Origin: an uncultured Verrucomicrobiota bacterium
Lineage (GTDB): Bacteria > Verrucomicrobiota > Verrucomicrobiia > Verrucomicrobiales > V1-33
Direction of reading: 5' to 3'
DNA: 64,000 bases
Assembly: GCA_942492905.1 (NCBI GenBank)
Contig: OW818657.1
Span: forward strand, 4,096,022 to 4,160,021
Below the pieces are notes generated by a model. The model saw only the letters and a program-made list of their open reading frames with translations. It ran no database searches and was not told where the DNA came from. Positions 55,414 through 64,000 of this stretch are shown piece by piece (within the stretch, counting starts at the first letter, position 1; each line of letters opens with the position of its first letter). A program made the position numbers and the translations under genes.

Positions 55414-58400
55414 TCACCACCGCAGCCCGGCGGCGGCAGCGGCGGCCGCCGTGGAGTCCAAATCCCACCCGGCCAGGCGCCCATCCGTCCCGATCCCGAC
55501 CAGCCGCTGCGGACCGGTCCAGTGCACGTCCCAAAGCGGGAATCCGCCTGGTGCCTGCAGCGTCATCAACGGACGGCCACCAGGCACTTCGTAAACATAG
55601 ATGTTGCCGCTCCGGTCATGCACTGCCAACCGGCGGCTGTCCGGACTGAACTGCGGCCGGTTGCCCGCCACATCCGGCGGCGAGGGCCAGGAGGCTCCGG
55701 GACGTTGCGTCGCCGCGTCCCAGAGCACCACGCGTGATCTCCCTGACAGCGCGGCATAACGTCGATCAGGCGAAGCCGTCACATCCACGGCATCGTCCAG
55801 TCCGACATTCCCCAATGCACGGCCATCGTGGACATCCCAGACGCCGCAATCCGTGCCATTGCGGGCGGCCGCGAGGGCCCAGCGCCCTCCCTCGCCCAGC
55901 AGATGCATGGAGGAGGCATTCAGATCATGTGCCACCACCTGAGCCCTCGAGTGGTCCCCTTCCGGCCAAATGGAAAAAGTGCGCCCGCGCTGCACGGTGC
56001 GGCCTGCGGGAGCATCGCACACCACCCAGCCACCCTCCGGACTGAAGCCGTGGATCATATAAAATTCGCGCCCCGGCCCACGCGGCTGCGGCAGGACTGA
56101 CCCGGCACGGGGCGTGCCGTCCGGAGCGGCGACCACGGGCACCACATGCAGCGGCTGGCCCTGATCGCCCACGATGACCTGACTGCCCTCCGGGCTGACA
56201 ACAAACCACGGCCAACTCTTCGTGAACTCCTCCGGCCATGCCTGGCCGTGCAGCTTCCTTCCGGTCGCCGGGTCCCAGATCTGCAATTCGCTTTTTGTTG
56301 TCAGGAAAACACGTCCCCCATCCGCCGGAACACCGCAGCAGGTCACGGTGTTTCCGGCATTTCCCTCCCACAGCCGCCAGCCCGCAGGCCATACCGCATC
56401 TGCCTTGCAGAGGGAACCATGAGCCGGACTCCAGGCGAGGCGCGTGCCGCCGCGGTCAGCCTGCAGCACCCTCGGCTGCGCAGGAGCGGTCAGGCGGAAA
56501 CCGCCGGGCTTCGTCTCCTGCCAGAGCAGCCCCTGCTCACTGCTCAACGAAGCCACCGATTTCCCTCCCTGCATGAAACAAAGCTGGGCCACGGGCCGGG
56601 AATGTCCCGGCAACTCCCCGCGTGGGGTTCCCGTCGCCGCGTCCAGCAGGAGGATCCCGAAACCAGCCCGCGAGCCGCTCCATTCGTCCGGCAGGGTCGC
56701 CACCGCACGCTCTCCCGCGGCCAGCAGCAGGCCATCCGCTGACCACGCCACCGGGCCTGGCAAAGCGAGCAGCCGGGTCCGCCACAATTCACTGCCCTCC
56801 CCGATCTCCACCGCGGCAAGGGCCGTGATGGACTTCAGCGCCAACACCACCCGTCTGCCATCAGGACTCAAAGCCAAAAGCAAAACATCCGCTGCCCGGG
56901 CCGCATCGGGAAACGGGCTGACTTTTTCCCCCGCAGCATCATAACGAAAACAGGGGGTGCGGGTATTGGCAAAAAGAAAGCCCCCATCCGGCAACCACAG
57001 CGGCCACTCCTCCGAGGCGTAGTCACAGGGCCACTCCCTCAGGATCCGGCCCTCAGCCAACGACATCACCCGCAACAGAGCCGGCTCGCTGGAGTCCCCG
57101 GCAAAGATCACCGCCGCCTGCCTTTCATCAGGCGAAAGCCGCAGGCGCAGCGCTGGCGTGCGGCGTCTTGCCTCGAGTTCGGCGGCAGCGGGCGGCCACT
57201 GTTTCAGGACGGTGCGGGTCGAAGTGTCAAACAGGGCAAAACCACCATCAGCGGTCGCCGCCAGATACCGGTCGAGATCCGGCGAAAAGCTTTCCGCTCC
57301 CGCGGACGATCCCGAGGGCACCCGCCAGGCGTCCGATTGGGATAACTCCGGCAGGGCCAGGGCACGGGCCACTTCGGTGCGACGGCGCGCCACGAGTTCG
57401 GGCTCCTCCCATGCACCATTCGCCTCCGCTTCCCGCAACAACCCCACCGCGGCATCGCGGGCTCCCTGCTCCGATCCCATGGCCGTCAGGTGAGCCTGAT
57501 TGAGCAGGCTCCCGGCGAGGGCACTGCGCAGTTGGCGGTTGGCCCGCACCTGGAGCGCCCCGCTGGCGGTCAGCGCCACCAGCAATGCTGCGGCAGTGCC
57601 GGCGAGCGCAGGATTCCTCCGGGCCCACCGCCCGAGCCGGCCGAGAGGACTCACCGGCCGCGCCCCCACGCCGCGCCCGGCCAGCCAGGACCGGAGGTCT
57701 GCCGCCAAGGCGAGGGCTGATTCATAACGTTGTGCGGGATTTTTCTCCAAACACTTCATGGCCACGGCCGACAAGTCGCGCGGCACCCCCACCGTCAGAC
57801 GCGGCACCGGATCTTCATAAATACGCCGCATCAGTTCGGGCGTGGACTCCGCCATGAAGGGCGGCTGCCCGGCGAGCAACTCATACAGGATCGCCCCCAG
57901 GCCGTAGATATCACTGGCCGCCGTCGCCGCCGCCGCCCCCTGCTGCGCTGCTTCCGGAGGGAGATAATGGGGCGTGCCCATGGTGATCCCTTCCATGGTC
58001 AGCGAATGCCGCAACCGCTGCTCTCCAGCGATCCACTTGGCCAGGCCAAAGTCGCACACGTAGGCCGTGCCCTGCTCATCAAAAATAACATTTCCCGGCT
58101 TCAGATCCCGGTGCAGCACGCCGCGTTGATGCGCAAAATGAACCGCCTCCGCCAGCGTCGCCACCAATGCCGCAATCCGGTGCCACTGCCCGGAAAATTC
58201 CGCGGCACGTTCATCCAAAGTGCCGCCGCGCGCCAGCTTCAACGTGAACCACGGCAAACCATCGTGTTCCCCCGTGGCATAGACCGGCAAAATGTGAGGG
58301 TGGTCCAATGCCGCCACGGTCACCGCTTCCATCCGGAACCGCCCGTGCAACTCCTGAGACATGCCCCGGCCCGGCAACAACATCTTCAGGGCCACTTCCC

Positions 58401-58620
58401 GCGGCGGATCGTTCTGATGGGCCAGATAGACAATCCCCATCCCACCGCGCCCCAACTCCTGCCTAACCTCATGACCCTTCAGGGAAAATAATGAAGCGGT
58501 CTGCGGCGGCACCCCATCCCACAGCCCATTCAGCAAACACGCCGGACACACCTTCCCGAGCGCGCTGTCGGGAATAACCCTGCCACACTCCGCACAACGG
58601 CTATCCTCAGCCTGGCTCAT
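55414..58620 (-). CDS. Ser/Thr protein kinase with N-terminal zinc ribbon, TM segment and C-terminal WD40/beta-propeller repeats
   Basis: Start at ATG 58620 (MSQAEDSRCAECG...CPACLL), forming an ATGA overlap with the sigma-factor stop.
- Hanks kinase motifs: GRGGMGIVYLA, VALK, HRDLKPGNV, DFGLAK, GTPHYLPPE.
- One hydrophobic helix: ALAGTAAALLVALTASGAL.
- Repeated SPDG/SPD...blade motifs to the C-terminus. Confidence 0.9.
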   Translation of the reverse strand: MSQAEDSRCAECGRVIPDSALGKVCPACLLNGLWDGVPPQTASLFSLKGHEVRQELGRGGMGIVYLAHQNDPPREVALKMLLPGRGMSQELHGRFRMEAVTVAALDHPHILPVYATGEHDGLPWFTLKLARGGTLDERAAEFSGQWHRIAALVATLAEAVHFAHQRGVLHRDLKPGNVIFDEQGTAYVCDFGLAKWIAGEQRLRHSLTMEGITMGTPHYLPPEAAQQGAAAATAASDIYGLGAILYELLAGQPPFMAESTPELMRRIYEDPVPRLTVGVPRDLSAVAMKCLEKNPAQRYESALALAADLRSWLAGRGVGARPVSPLGRLGRWARRNPALAGTAAALLVALTASGALQVRANRQLRSALAGSLLNQAHLTAMGSEQGARDAAVGLLREAEANGAWEEPELVARRRTEVARALALPELSQSDAWRVPSGSSAGAESFSPDLDRYLAATADGGFALFDTSTRTVLKQWPPAAAELEARRRTPALRLRLSPDERQAAVIFAGDSSEPALLRVMSLAEGRILREWPCDYASEEWPLWLPDGGFLFANTRTPCFRYDAAGEKVSPFPDAARAADVLLLALSPDGRRVVLALKSITALAAVEIGEGSELWRTRLLALPGPVAWSADGLLLAAGERAVATLPDEWSGSRAGFGILLLDAATGTPRGELPGHSRPVAQLCFMQGGKSVASLSSEQGLLWQETKPGGFRLTAPAQPRVLQADRGGTRLAWSPAHGSLCKADAVWPAGWRLWEGNAGNTVTCCGVPADGGRVFLTTKSELQIWDPATGRKLHGQAWPEEFTKSWPWFVVSPEGSQVIVGDQGQPLHVVPVVAAPDGTPRAGSVLPQPRGPGREFYMIHGFSPEGGWVVCDAPAGRTVQRGRTFSIWPEGDHSRAQVVAHDLNASSMHLLGEGGRWALAAARNGTDCGVWDVHDGRALGNVGLDDAVDVTASPDRRYAALSGRSRVVLWDAATQRPGASWPSPPDVAGNRPQFSPDSRRLAVHDRSGNIYVYEVPGGRPLMTLQAPGGFPLWDVHWTGPQRLVGIGTDGRLAGWDLDSTAAAAAAAGLRW

Positions 58621-59309
58621 CTCCCCCCTCCCAGCACTTCCCGCAGCCATGCAATTTCCCCATCCACCTCATGAGGAGCATTGGTGGTCAGCGCCACCTC
58701 CGCACGCAGCCCCTCCCGGAAACGCCCGCGCAGGCGGTGCACTTCGCTGCGCAGGGAGTTTTCATTCATCCCCAGCCGCTGCGCGGCCTCCACCGTGCTC
58801 GGCTGCTGCGCCGACCCCGGGAGAAACTCCCGCAACACCGCAAATCGCCCCGGTTCCCTGGCATATTCCGACTGCACCCGCTCGAAGGCCAGTTCCAGCA
58901 TCCTGACCGCCCAACCCCGGTCAAACTCCCGCTGATCATCCAGCGAAACCGGAACCAACAGGGATTCGACGTCGTCCAGACTCACAGCAGGCAAGCCGCC
59001 GCCGCGTTTTCCTGCGTCCCGGTGCTCGAAATGCCGCCGCAGGAAAAAAACCGCCGCCCCGCAGAGATAGGAGCGGAAGGTGCCCTTCTGCCGGTCTGCA
59101 CGCCGCAACAGGGACTTCTGCATCGCGTGGAGAAAAAAGGCTTGGACCATGTCTTCCTGATCCGCACCGGTTACTCCACGCAGTTGGAAAAAGGTGCGCA
59201 CGGGTCCGCGATAACGATCATAAAATTCCCCCAAGGCAGCTGTCGCGCGGCTATCGCCATGGAGGGTGGCCTCCGCGAGGAGAGTCCAATGAGTGGTGGG
59301 AAAAGCCAT
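58617..59309 (-). CDS. ECF-type RNA polymerase sigma factor (kinase-associated, ECF43-like)
   Basis: MAFPTTHWTLLAEA..., sigma-2 region QEDMVQAFFLHAMQKSLL...GTFRSYLCGAAVFFLRRH...KRGGG, and sigma-4 HTH AQRLGMNENSLRSEVHRLRGRFRE. Translationally coupled to the downstream Ser/Thr kinase. No anti-sigma gene is visible. Confidence 0.85.
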   Translation of the reverse strand: MAFPTTHWTLLAEATLHGDSRATAALGEFYDRYRGPVRTFFQLRGVTGADQEDMVQAFFLHAMQKSLLRRADRQKGTFRSYLCGAAVFFLRRHFEHRDAGKRGGGLPAVSLDDVESLLVPVSLDDQREFDRGWAVRMLELAFERVQSEYAREPGRFAVLREFLPGSAQQPSTVEAAQRLGMNENSLRSEVHRLRGRFREGLRAEVALTTNAPHEVDGEIAWLREVLGGGR

Positions 59310-59645
59310 GCTTTTGGGGAATCGGGCCTATCCTGCCGCGGGAACCGTCGCTCCATGGAAGAATTGACCCGAAACGATCCTTGAATCAAGAGGTTGTCGT
59401 CTCCCATTCCCCCTGCGGCGGTCGAAATCCGCAGACACACCCTCCGCCAAACTCAAGTTCAACCCCGGTCATTGCCATCGGGGACAATTCGCCATCCCTC
59501 ACCTCTGAGCCCTGAAGTGATGGGCCACACAATCCCAATCAGTCGATTCTCCTAATTTCCTGTAGGGAATAGGGATTTTCCAGTTGCCCCTTGCCGGGAT
59601 GCGGCTACCCTGCATGGTCCGCTTCCACTTTACCTACTGCCAATC

Positions 59646-61445
59646 ATGTCCAAAGCCAGCGTCGAAGAAATCAAACTCGAGTCCCACGGCCTTCGCGGCG
59701 AGATCGCGGAAAATTTCGCCGACGCCGCGCTCACCCACGTGGACGAAGCTGAAAACGTGCTGCTTAAATTCCACGGCTCCTACCAGCAGGATGACCGGGA
59801 TCTCCGGGCGGCCCTGACCAAGGAAAAGAAGGAAAAGGCCTGGTCGTTCATGGTGCGTTCCAAAATGCCCGGCGGCCGGATTTCTGCCCAACAGTGGCTG
59901 ATCCATCACGATCTCTGCGTCCTTTCGGAAGGCTCCCTGCGCCTGACCAACCGTCAGGGCATCCAGCTCCACGGCGTGCTCAAGGGGAACCTGAAGGCGG
60001 TCATCGCCGGGATCTGCCACAGCGGACTCACCACCATGGGCGCCTGTGGCGACGTGGTGCGCAACACCATGGCCCCCGCCGCTCCGATCAAGGACGCCGC
60101 CCGGCTCGATGCCCAGCTCCTTTCCGAAGAAGTCAGCCAGCGCTTCCTCTGGCGCTCCTCCGCTTACGCCGACATCTGGCTGGATGGGGAAAAGATCGAT
60201 CTCGATTGGGCCCAGGTGGACGTGAACCCCGACGTCCGCGCCAAAACCATCGCCAAGGACGAAAAGGCCGCCGAGGATCCGATCTACGGCAAGCTCTATC
60301 TGCCCCGGAAATTCAAGGTCGGCATCGCCATCGAGCCGCAGAACGATGTGGATGTTTTCTCCCAGGACCTTGGTTTTATCCCTCACGTCGTGGACGGCAA
60401 AGTTGAAGGCTATACCGTCACGGTGGGTGGCGGATTCGGCATGAGCCACGGCCAGCTGAATACCCGGCCGTTCCTCGCCCAGCCCCTCTTTTACGTGAAA
60501 CGGGAGAACGTGGTGGATGCCGCCGAAGCCATCGTCACCACCCAGCGCGACCACGGCAACCGCACCGAGCGCAAGAACGCCCGGATGAAATACACCGTGC
60601 AGACCATGGGCATCGACGGCTTCCGTGCCGAAGTGGTGAGCCGCCTCCCCGGCATCGAAACCTTCCCCGCCAAACCGCTCAATTTCGCCACCGTCGAAGA
60701 CAATCTCGGCTGGTTCGAACAGGGTGACGGCAAACTCTTCTGCGCCGTTTACATCAGCATGGGCCGCATCACCAACCGCGAGGAGGGCGGTCCGCAATAC
60801 TTGGACGCCTTCAATGAAATCGCCCGCGATCTCGGCCTGCCCTTCATCGTCACGCCGAACACGAACCTCATCATTGCCGATGTGGCTCCGGAACAAAAGG
60901 CCACCGTCGATGCCATCCTCGCCAAACACGCCGTGCCGCACGCCGATGGCATGACCGCCACCCGCCGCGTCGCCCACGCCTGTGTGGCCCTGCCGACCTG
61001 CGGCCTCAGCCTGTCCGAATCCGAACGCGCCCTGCCCGGCGTGCTGGATGAATTCGATACCATCCTGCGCGAACTCGGCCTGGAAAACGACCCGATCCTC
61101 GTGCGCATGACCGGCTGCCCCAACGGCTGTGGCCGTCCTTACAATGCCGACTTCGGTTTTGTGGGCCGGGCGCCCAATAAATACGCGCTCTTTGTCGGTG
61201 GCAGCATCGCGGGTGACCGCTTGGCCGGATTGGAGCAGAAAGTGGTCGTCCGCGGCGATATTTCCGCCACGGTCCGCCCCTATCTGGAAGCCTACAAAGC
61301 CGAGCGCACGGCGGGAGAAACCTTCAGTGCCTGGTTCGGCCGCACCCGCCAGACCGGTGAAGCTCCGACGCCCGAGCAATTCCACATCGAGTTGACCGAA
61401 CGCGCCGCCAAGCTGGCCGGAGCCAAGGTCGGCGAAGCCGGCTGA
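59646..61445 (+). CDS. cysI: Assimilatory sulfite reductase hemoprotein (CysI/Sir type, siroheme-[4Fe-4S])
   Basis: IKLESHGLRGEIAENF...LKFHGSYQQDDRDLR..., and the cluster/siroheme Cys motifs ACVALPTCGLS and MTGCPNGCGRPY. Length 599 aa. The antisense 583-aa ORF is treated as a shadow ORF. Confidence 0.9.
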   Translation: MSKASVEEIKLESHGLRGEIAENFADAALTHVDEAENVLLKFHGSYQQDDRDLRAALTKEKKEKAWSFMVRSKMPGGRISAQQWLIHHDLCVLSEGSLRLTNRQGIQLHGVLKGNLKAVIAGICHSGLTTMGACGDVVRNTMAPAAPIKDAARLDAQLLSEEVSQRFLWRSSAYADIWLDGEKIDLDWAQVDVNPDVRAKTIAKDEKAAEDPIYGKLYLPRKFKVGIAIEPQNDVDVFSQDLGFIPHVVDGKVEGYTVTVGGGFGMSHGQLNTRPFLAQPLFYVKRENVVDAAEAIVTTQRDHGNRTERKNARMKYTVQTMGIDGFRAEVVSRLPGIETFPAKPLNFATVEDNLGWFEQGDGKLFCAVYISMGRITNREEGGPQYLDAFNEIARDLGLPFIVTPNTNLIIADVAPEQKATVDAILAKHAVPHADGMTATRRVAHACVALPTCGLSLSESERALPGVLDEFDTILRELGLENDPILVRMTGCPNGCGRPYNADFGFVGRAPNKYALFVGGSIAGDRLAGLEQKVVVRGDISATVRPYLEAYKAERTAGETFSAWFGRTRQTGEAPTPEQFHIELTERAAKLAGAKVGEAG

Positions 61446-61494
61446 TCCGGCGGGGTGGATTCTGCCGGAGCAAAACCCACCTCCCGCGGCGAGC

Positions 61495-62277
61495 TTACTT
61501 GAGCCGCTTCACCCGGATATTCCGGTAACGCACAAATTCTTTGGTGTGGTCTCCACCCCCGTGGACCTGCAGGGCGATGCGGCCTTTTTCCGGATGCCGG
61601 ATTTCGGTTTCCTGCCATTCCATGATCTTCACGCCATTGATCCAGGTGGTGATATGGGGCGGATTGCCTTCGATGCGGGCGCGCAGTTCATTCCACTGCC
61701 CGGCGCGCCAAAACCAGGGCCAGCTGGCGGGTTTGACCGGCAGCGGAGTAGGCGGCTCGCCGGTTTTTTGGTCGGTGATCTCCGTGACCTTGCCGGTAAA
61801 GCTGTAGTTCCTTACGTGGGGTTTGCCGCCAAGGCCTTCCCCGTAGATGCCCATCAGGTTGCCGCCGGCGTGATAGTCGATCATGGCCTGCCACGCCTTG
61901 CCGTCCCCGGTGCTGCGCAGGAACAGTCCGCTGTCCGGGCCGAAATCATTGTTCATCTCGATGGCCACCTCGAAATCGGTGAATTCCTCATCCGTCATCA
62001 CCAGTCCCCCATTGCCGGGAACATCCTGACTTCCGATGATGGCGCCATTTTCCACCACCCAACGTCCACCGCTGGCATTTTTACTGGTGTTGGAATGACC
62101 ACTTTGAGCACTCACATGCCAGCCCTTGAGCGACTGCCCGTCAAAGAGACTGACAAATCCCTCCTCCAGTTTCCCGTCGGGAGCCACCCCGGCGGGTTTT
62201 CCCGGGGGCTGGGCCAGTGCGGCCACCATGGTGAGCAACGGAAGAACCATCAGGGCGGGGGAGGGCTTGCGTTTCAT
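61495..62277 (-). CDS. DUF1080 (3-keto-disaccharide hydrolase-like) domain protein, secreted
   Basis: Signal peptide MKRKPSPALMVLPLLTMVAALA. EEGFVSLFDGQSLKGWHV...GRWVVENGAIIG...FEVAIEMNNDFGPDSGLFLR...GRIALQVHGGGDHTKEFVRYRNIRVKRL. Paralogue of 11581..12327. Confidence 0.8.
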   Translation of the reverse strand: MKRKPSPALMVLPLLTMVAALAQPPGKPAGVAPDGKLEEGFVSLFDGQSLKGWHVSAQSGHSNTSKNASGGRWVVENGAIIGSQDVPGNGGLVMTDEEFTDFEVAIEMNNDFGPDSGLFLRSTGDGKAWQAMIDYHAGGNLMGIYGEGLGGKPHVRNYSFTGKVTEITDQKTGEPPTPLPVKPASWPWFWRAGQWNELRARIEGNPPHITTWINGVKIMEWQETEIRHPEKGRIALQVHGGGDHTKEFVRYRNIRVKRLK

Positions 62278-62341
62278 ATGCCAACACTACGCAGGCCCGG
62301 CTCCATCATTTCGCCGGAATGACATCCCCGCCGCGGGGGAC

Positions 62342-63112
62342 TCACTGGCCCGGCACTCCCAACACCAGCCTCGGTGCCATGCCCGGATCCAGCCAGGTTA
62401 TGATTTTCCTGACATTTTCTGCCTCCAGGGCCGTGCAACCTGCCGTCCCCTGCCCCGGGCCTTTCCAGACGTGCAGGAAAATGCATGAGCCCCCGCCCGC
62501 CACCCGGTCGGGATTGTGGCCGATCATCACGCCCATTTCGTAGAGGCCATCCTCCCGGCGCATGATTTCGGCGCTGTCCCAATCCTTGTCCGGCACCGCG
62601 GCTTCGTCGACGGTCTGGTTGTAATACCTCGACTTCACGTCATCCACGCCGCGCAGGGTGGGCGTGCATTCCTGCCACGGGAGCTTGACGCCGGGAAGGG
62701 CGGCCGGGCTGCTGCCAAACGCAAAGGGCAAACGGAAAACGCCGGCTGGACTGCGTCCATCGCCTTCTTTTTTGTCAGGATAGCGGCCCGGATTGGCAAG
62801 GGAGGGCTCGCCCCTGCCCCAACCGGCCCCATTTTTCCCCACACTGGCGGGCAAGGGACCCGCCGCCACCCGCCAGTAAGATCCTGCCTCCTTCCGCTCC
62901 AACAACCAGACCTGCGCAGGAACGGCATCAATGCCATCCGGCAGGACCAGCACCACCTGTTGGCACTCAGGGGGGATCCCACCGGCCAGTTCCGCCGGAA
63001 TCAGCCGGCCAGCCCGCGTCTGCTGCCACCTCCAAAATGCCCCGGCGATTCCCAGGAGAACCATCAAACCCACCCATGGCAAAAATCGCTTCATCCCGGC
63101 ACCAAACTCCAC
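62342..63112 (-). CDS. L,D-transpeptidase catalytic-domain family protein
   Basis: GGGSCIFLHVWKGPGQGTAGCTALEAENVRKIITWL carries the His...Gly-Cys active-site signature of YkuD-like enzymes. N-terminal TM helix. Start may be ATG 63094 (MKRFLPW...). Confidence 0.75.
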   Translation of the reverse strand: MEFGAGMKRFLPWVGLMVLLGIAGAFWRWQQTRAGRLIPAELAGGIPPECQQVVLVLPDGIDAVPAQVWLLERKEAGSYWRVAAGPLPASVGKNGAGWGRGEPSLANPGRYPDKKEGDGRSPAGVFRLPFAFGSSPAALPGVKLPWQECTPTLRGVDDVKSRYYNQTVDEAAVPDKDWDSAEIMRREDGLYEMGVMIGHNPDRVAGGGSCIFLHVWKGPGQGTAGCTALEAENVRKIITWLDPGMAPRLVLGVPGQ

Positions 63113-63211
63113 TTCCCCCGGATTTCATGCCCGAACCCTTTCAGAAAAATACTTGACTAAACAGTCAACAACCACTACCGAATACCTTTCCGCCCGCTCC
63201 CTCCAGTCCGT

Positions 63212-63829
63212 ATGGCCAGACCCAGCCAAGCTAAAGAAAACCTTATCAAGGCCGCCTATGACCTGATCTGGGAAACCAGCTATGGCTCCACCAGTGTGGA
63301 TGACATCTGCGCCCGCGCCGGAGTGCGTAAAGGCAGTTTCTATCATTTTTTTGAATCCAAAGCCCACCTGACCATCGCGACCCTGGACGCCGGCCGGGCC
63401 AAGCACTTCCCGGAGCTGAATGAAATCTTCTCCCCGCTGGTGCCGCCGCTGGAGCGCTTTGTGCGCTTTGCCGGTTATGCCCTGTTTTATCAGCAGGAGC
63501 GCCTCGCATTGACTGGCCATGTCTGTGGCTGTGCGCTTTCCTCTCTGGGCAGCGAGGTCGGCAGCATGGATGAGCTGATCCGCACCCACATCATCGATAT
63601 CTTCTCCAGCCACCTACGCTATTACGAATCCGCGATCCGTGATGCGGCACGCGAAGGCCTGATCGATGGCACCGATGCCCCGCTCAAGGCCAAGATGATC
63701 CAACACTACATCCAGGGCGCCCTGACCCACGCCCGCGTGCTCAACGACCTGACCCCTGTTCATGACATGGCCCGCTCCATGCTCCATATTCTGGGGGCCA
63801 AACCGGACCTCATACCTGCGCTTTCCTGA
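63212..63829 (+). CDS. TetR/AcrR-family transcriptional regulator
   Basis: N-terminal HTH: ENLIKAAYDLIWETSYGSTSVDDICARAGVRKGSFYHFFESKAHL. Size 205 aa. Confidence 0.9.
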   Translation: MARPSQAKENLIKAAYDLIWETSYGSTSVDDICARAGVRKGSFYHFFESKAHLTIATLDAGRAKHFPELNEIFSPLVPPLERFVRFAGYALFYQQERLALTGHVCGCALSSLGSEVGSMDELIRTHIIDIFSSHLRYYESAIRDAAREGLIDGTDAPLKAKMIQHYIQGALTHARVLNDLTPVHDMARSMLHILGAKPDLIPALS

Positions 63830-63882
63830 TGCCGCTCCACTTGGAGACAACCGGTCAACTTTCCTCCCCCTCCCATTCCCCC

Positions 63883-64000
63883 ATGAAGTTCCTGCTGCCC
63901 ACCCTCGCCTGTATTGCCCTCATCCTGCCTGCCTGCCGCAAATCCGAAACCTCCGCCGCCGCCGCTGGAGGAGCCCAGGGTCCAATGCCGGTGATGACGC
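63883..64000 (+). CDS. Lipoprotein, 5' part only (possibly an efflux-pump periplasmic adaptor, given the upstream TetR gene)
   Basis: ATG 63883 gives MKFLLPTLACIALILPACRKSE..., a lipobox (LPAC). The frame is open to the window end. The functional guess rests on context only. Confidence 0.4.
   Translation, partial: MKFLLPTLACIALILPACRKSETSAAAAGGAQGPMPVMT

Noticed and set aside
59634-61385. 583-aa minus-strand ORF
   Set aside because: Antisense shadow of cysI, which has unambiguous siroheme/Fe-S cysteine motifs.

Overview
GC-rich bacterial chromosomal segment. The gene content points to Verrucomicrobiota/PVC: two PEP-CTERM proteins, a DUF1501 plus PSCyt1/DUF1549/DUF1553 pair, a giant protein with autotransporter-associated beta-strand (PATR) repeats, a Verru_Chthon cassette protein A-like gene, and an ECF sigma factor coupled to a Ser/Thr kinase. 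I support about 37 protein genes and one tRNA-Tyr.

Housekeeping genes are hflX (5' partial), prfC, pyruvate carboxylase, cysI-type sulfite reductase, a LOG-family gene and a frameshifted dacB/PBP4. They are interleaved with accessory-looking loci:
- A 2791-aa lamin-tail/CotH/beta-helix protein, bracketed by a 100-bp duplication of the hflX 3' end.
- A TPR-repeat protein lying next to a strictly phased 11 x 22-bp array of palindromic purine/pyrimidine units.
- An AraC regulator divergent from an operon that holds an orphan giant pseudopilin-like (Verru_Chthon A-like) gene.
- An orphan MoxR ATPase followed by a small gene of atypical composition.
- A same-strand ECF sigma / WD40 Ser/Thr kinase / giant PATR protein locus.

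Most other long ORFs in the six-frame track are antisense shadow ORFs, as expected in GC-rich DNA. I recognised no rRNA, CRISPR array, transposase or integrase. All family assignments come from reading motifs by eye and from memory; none was confirmed by a search.
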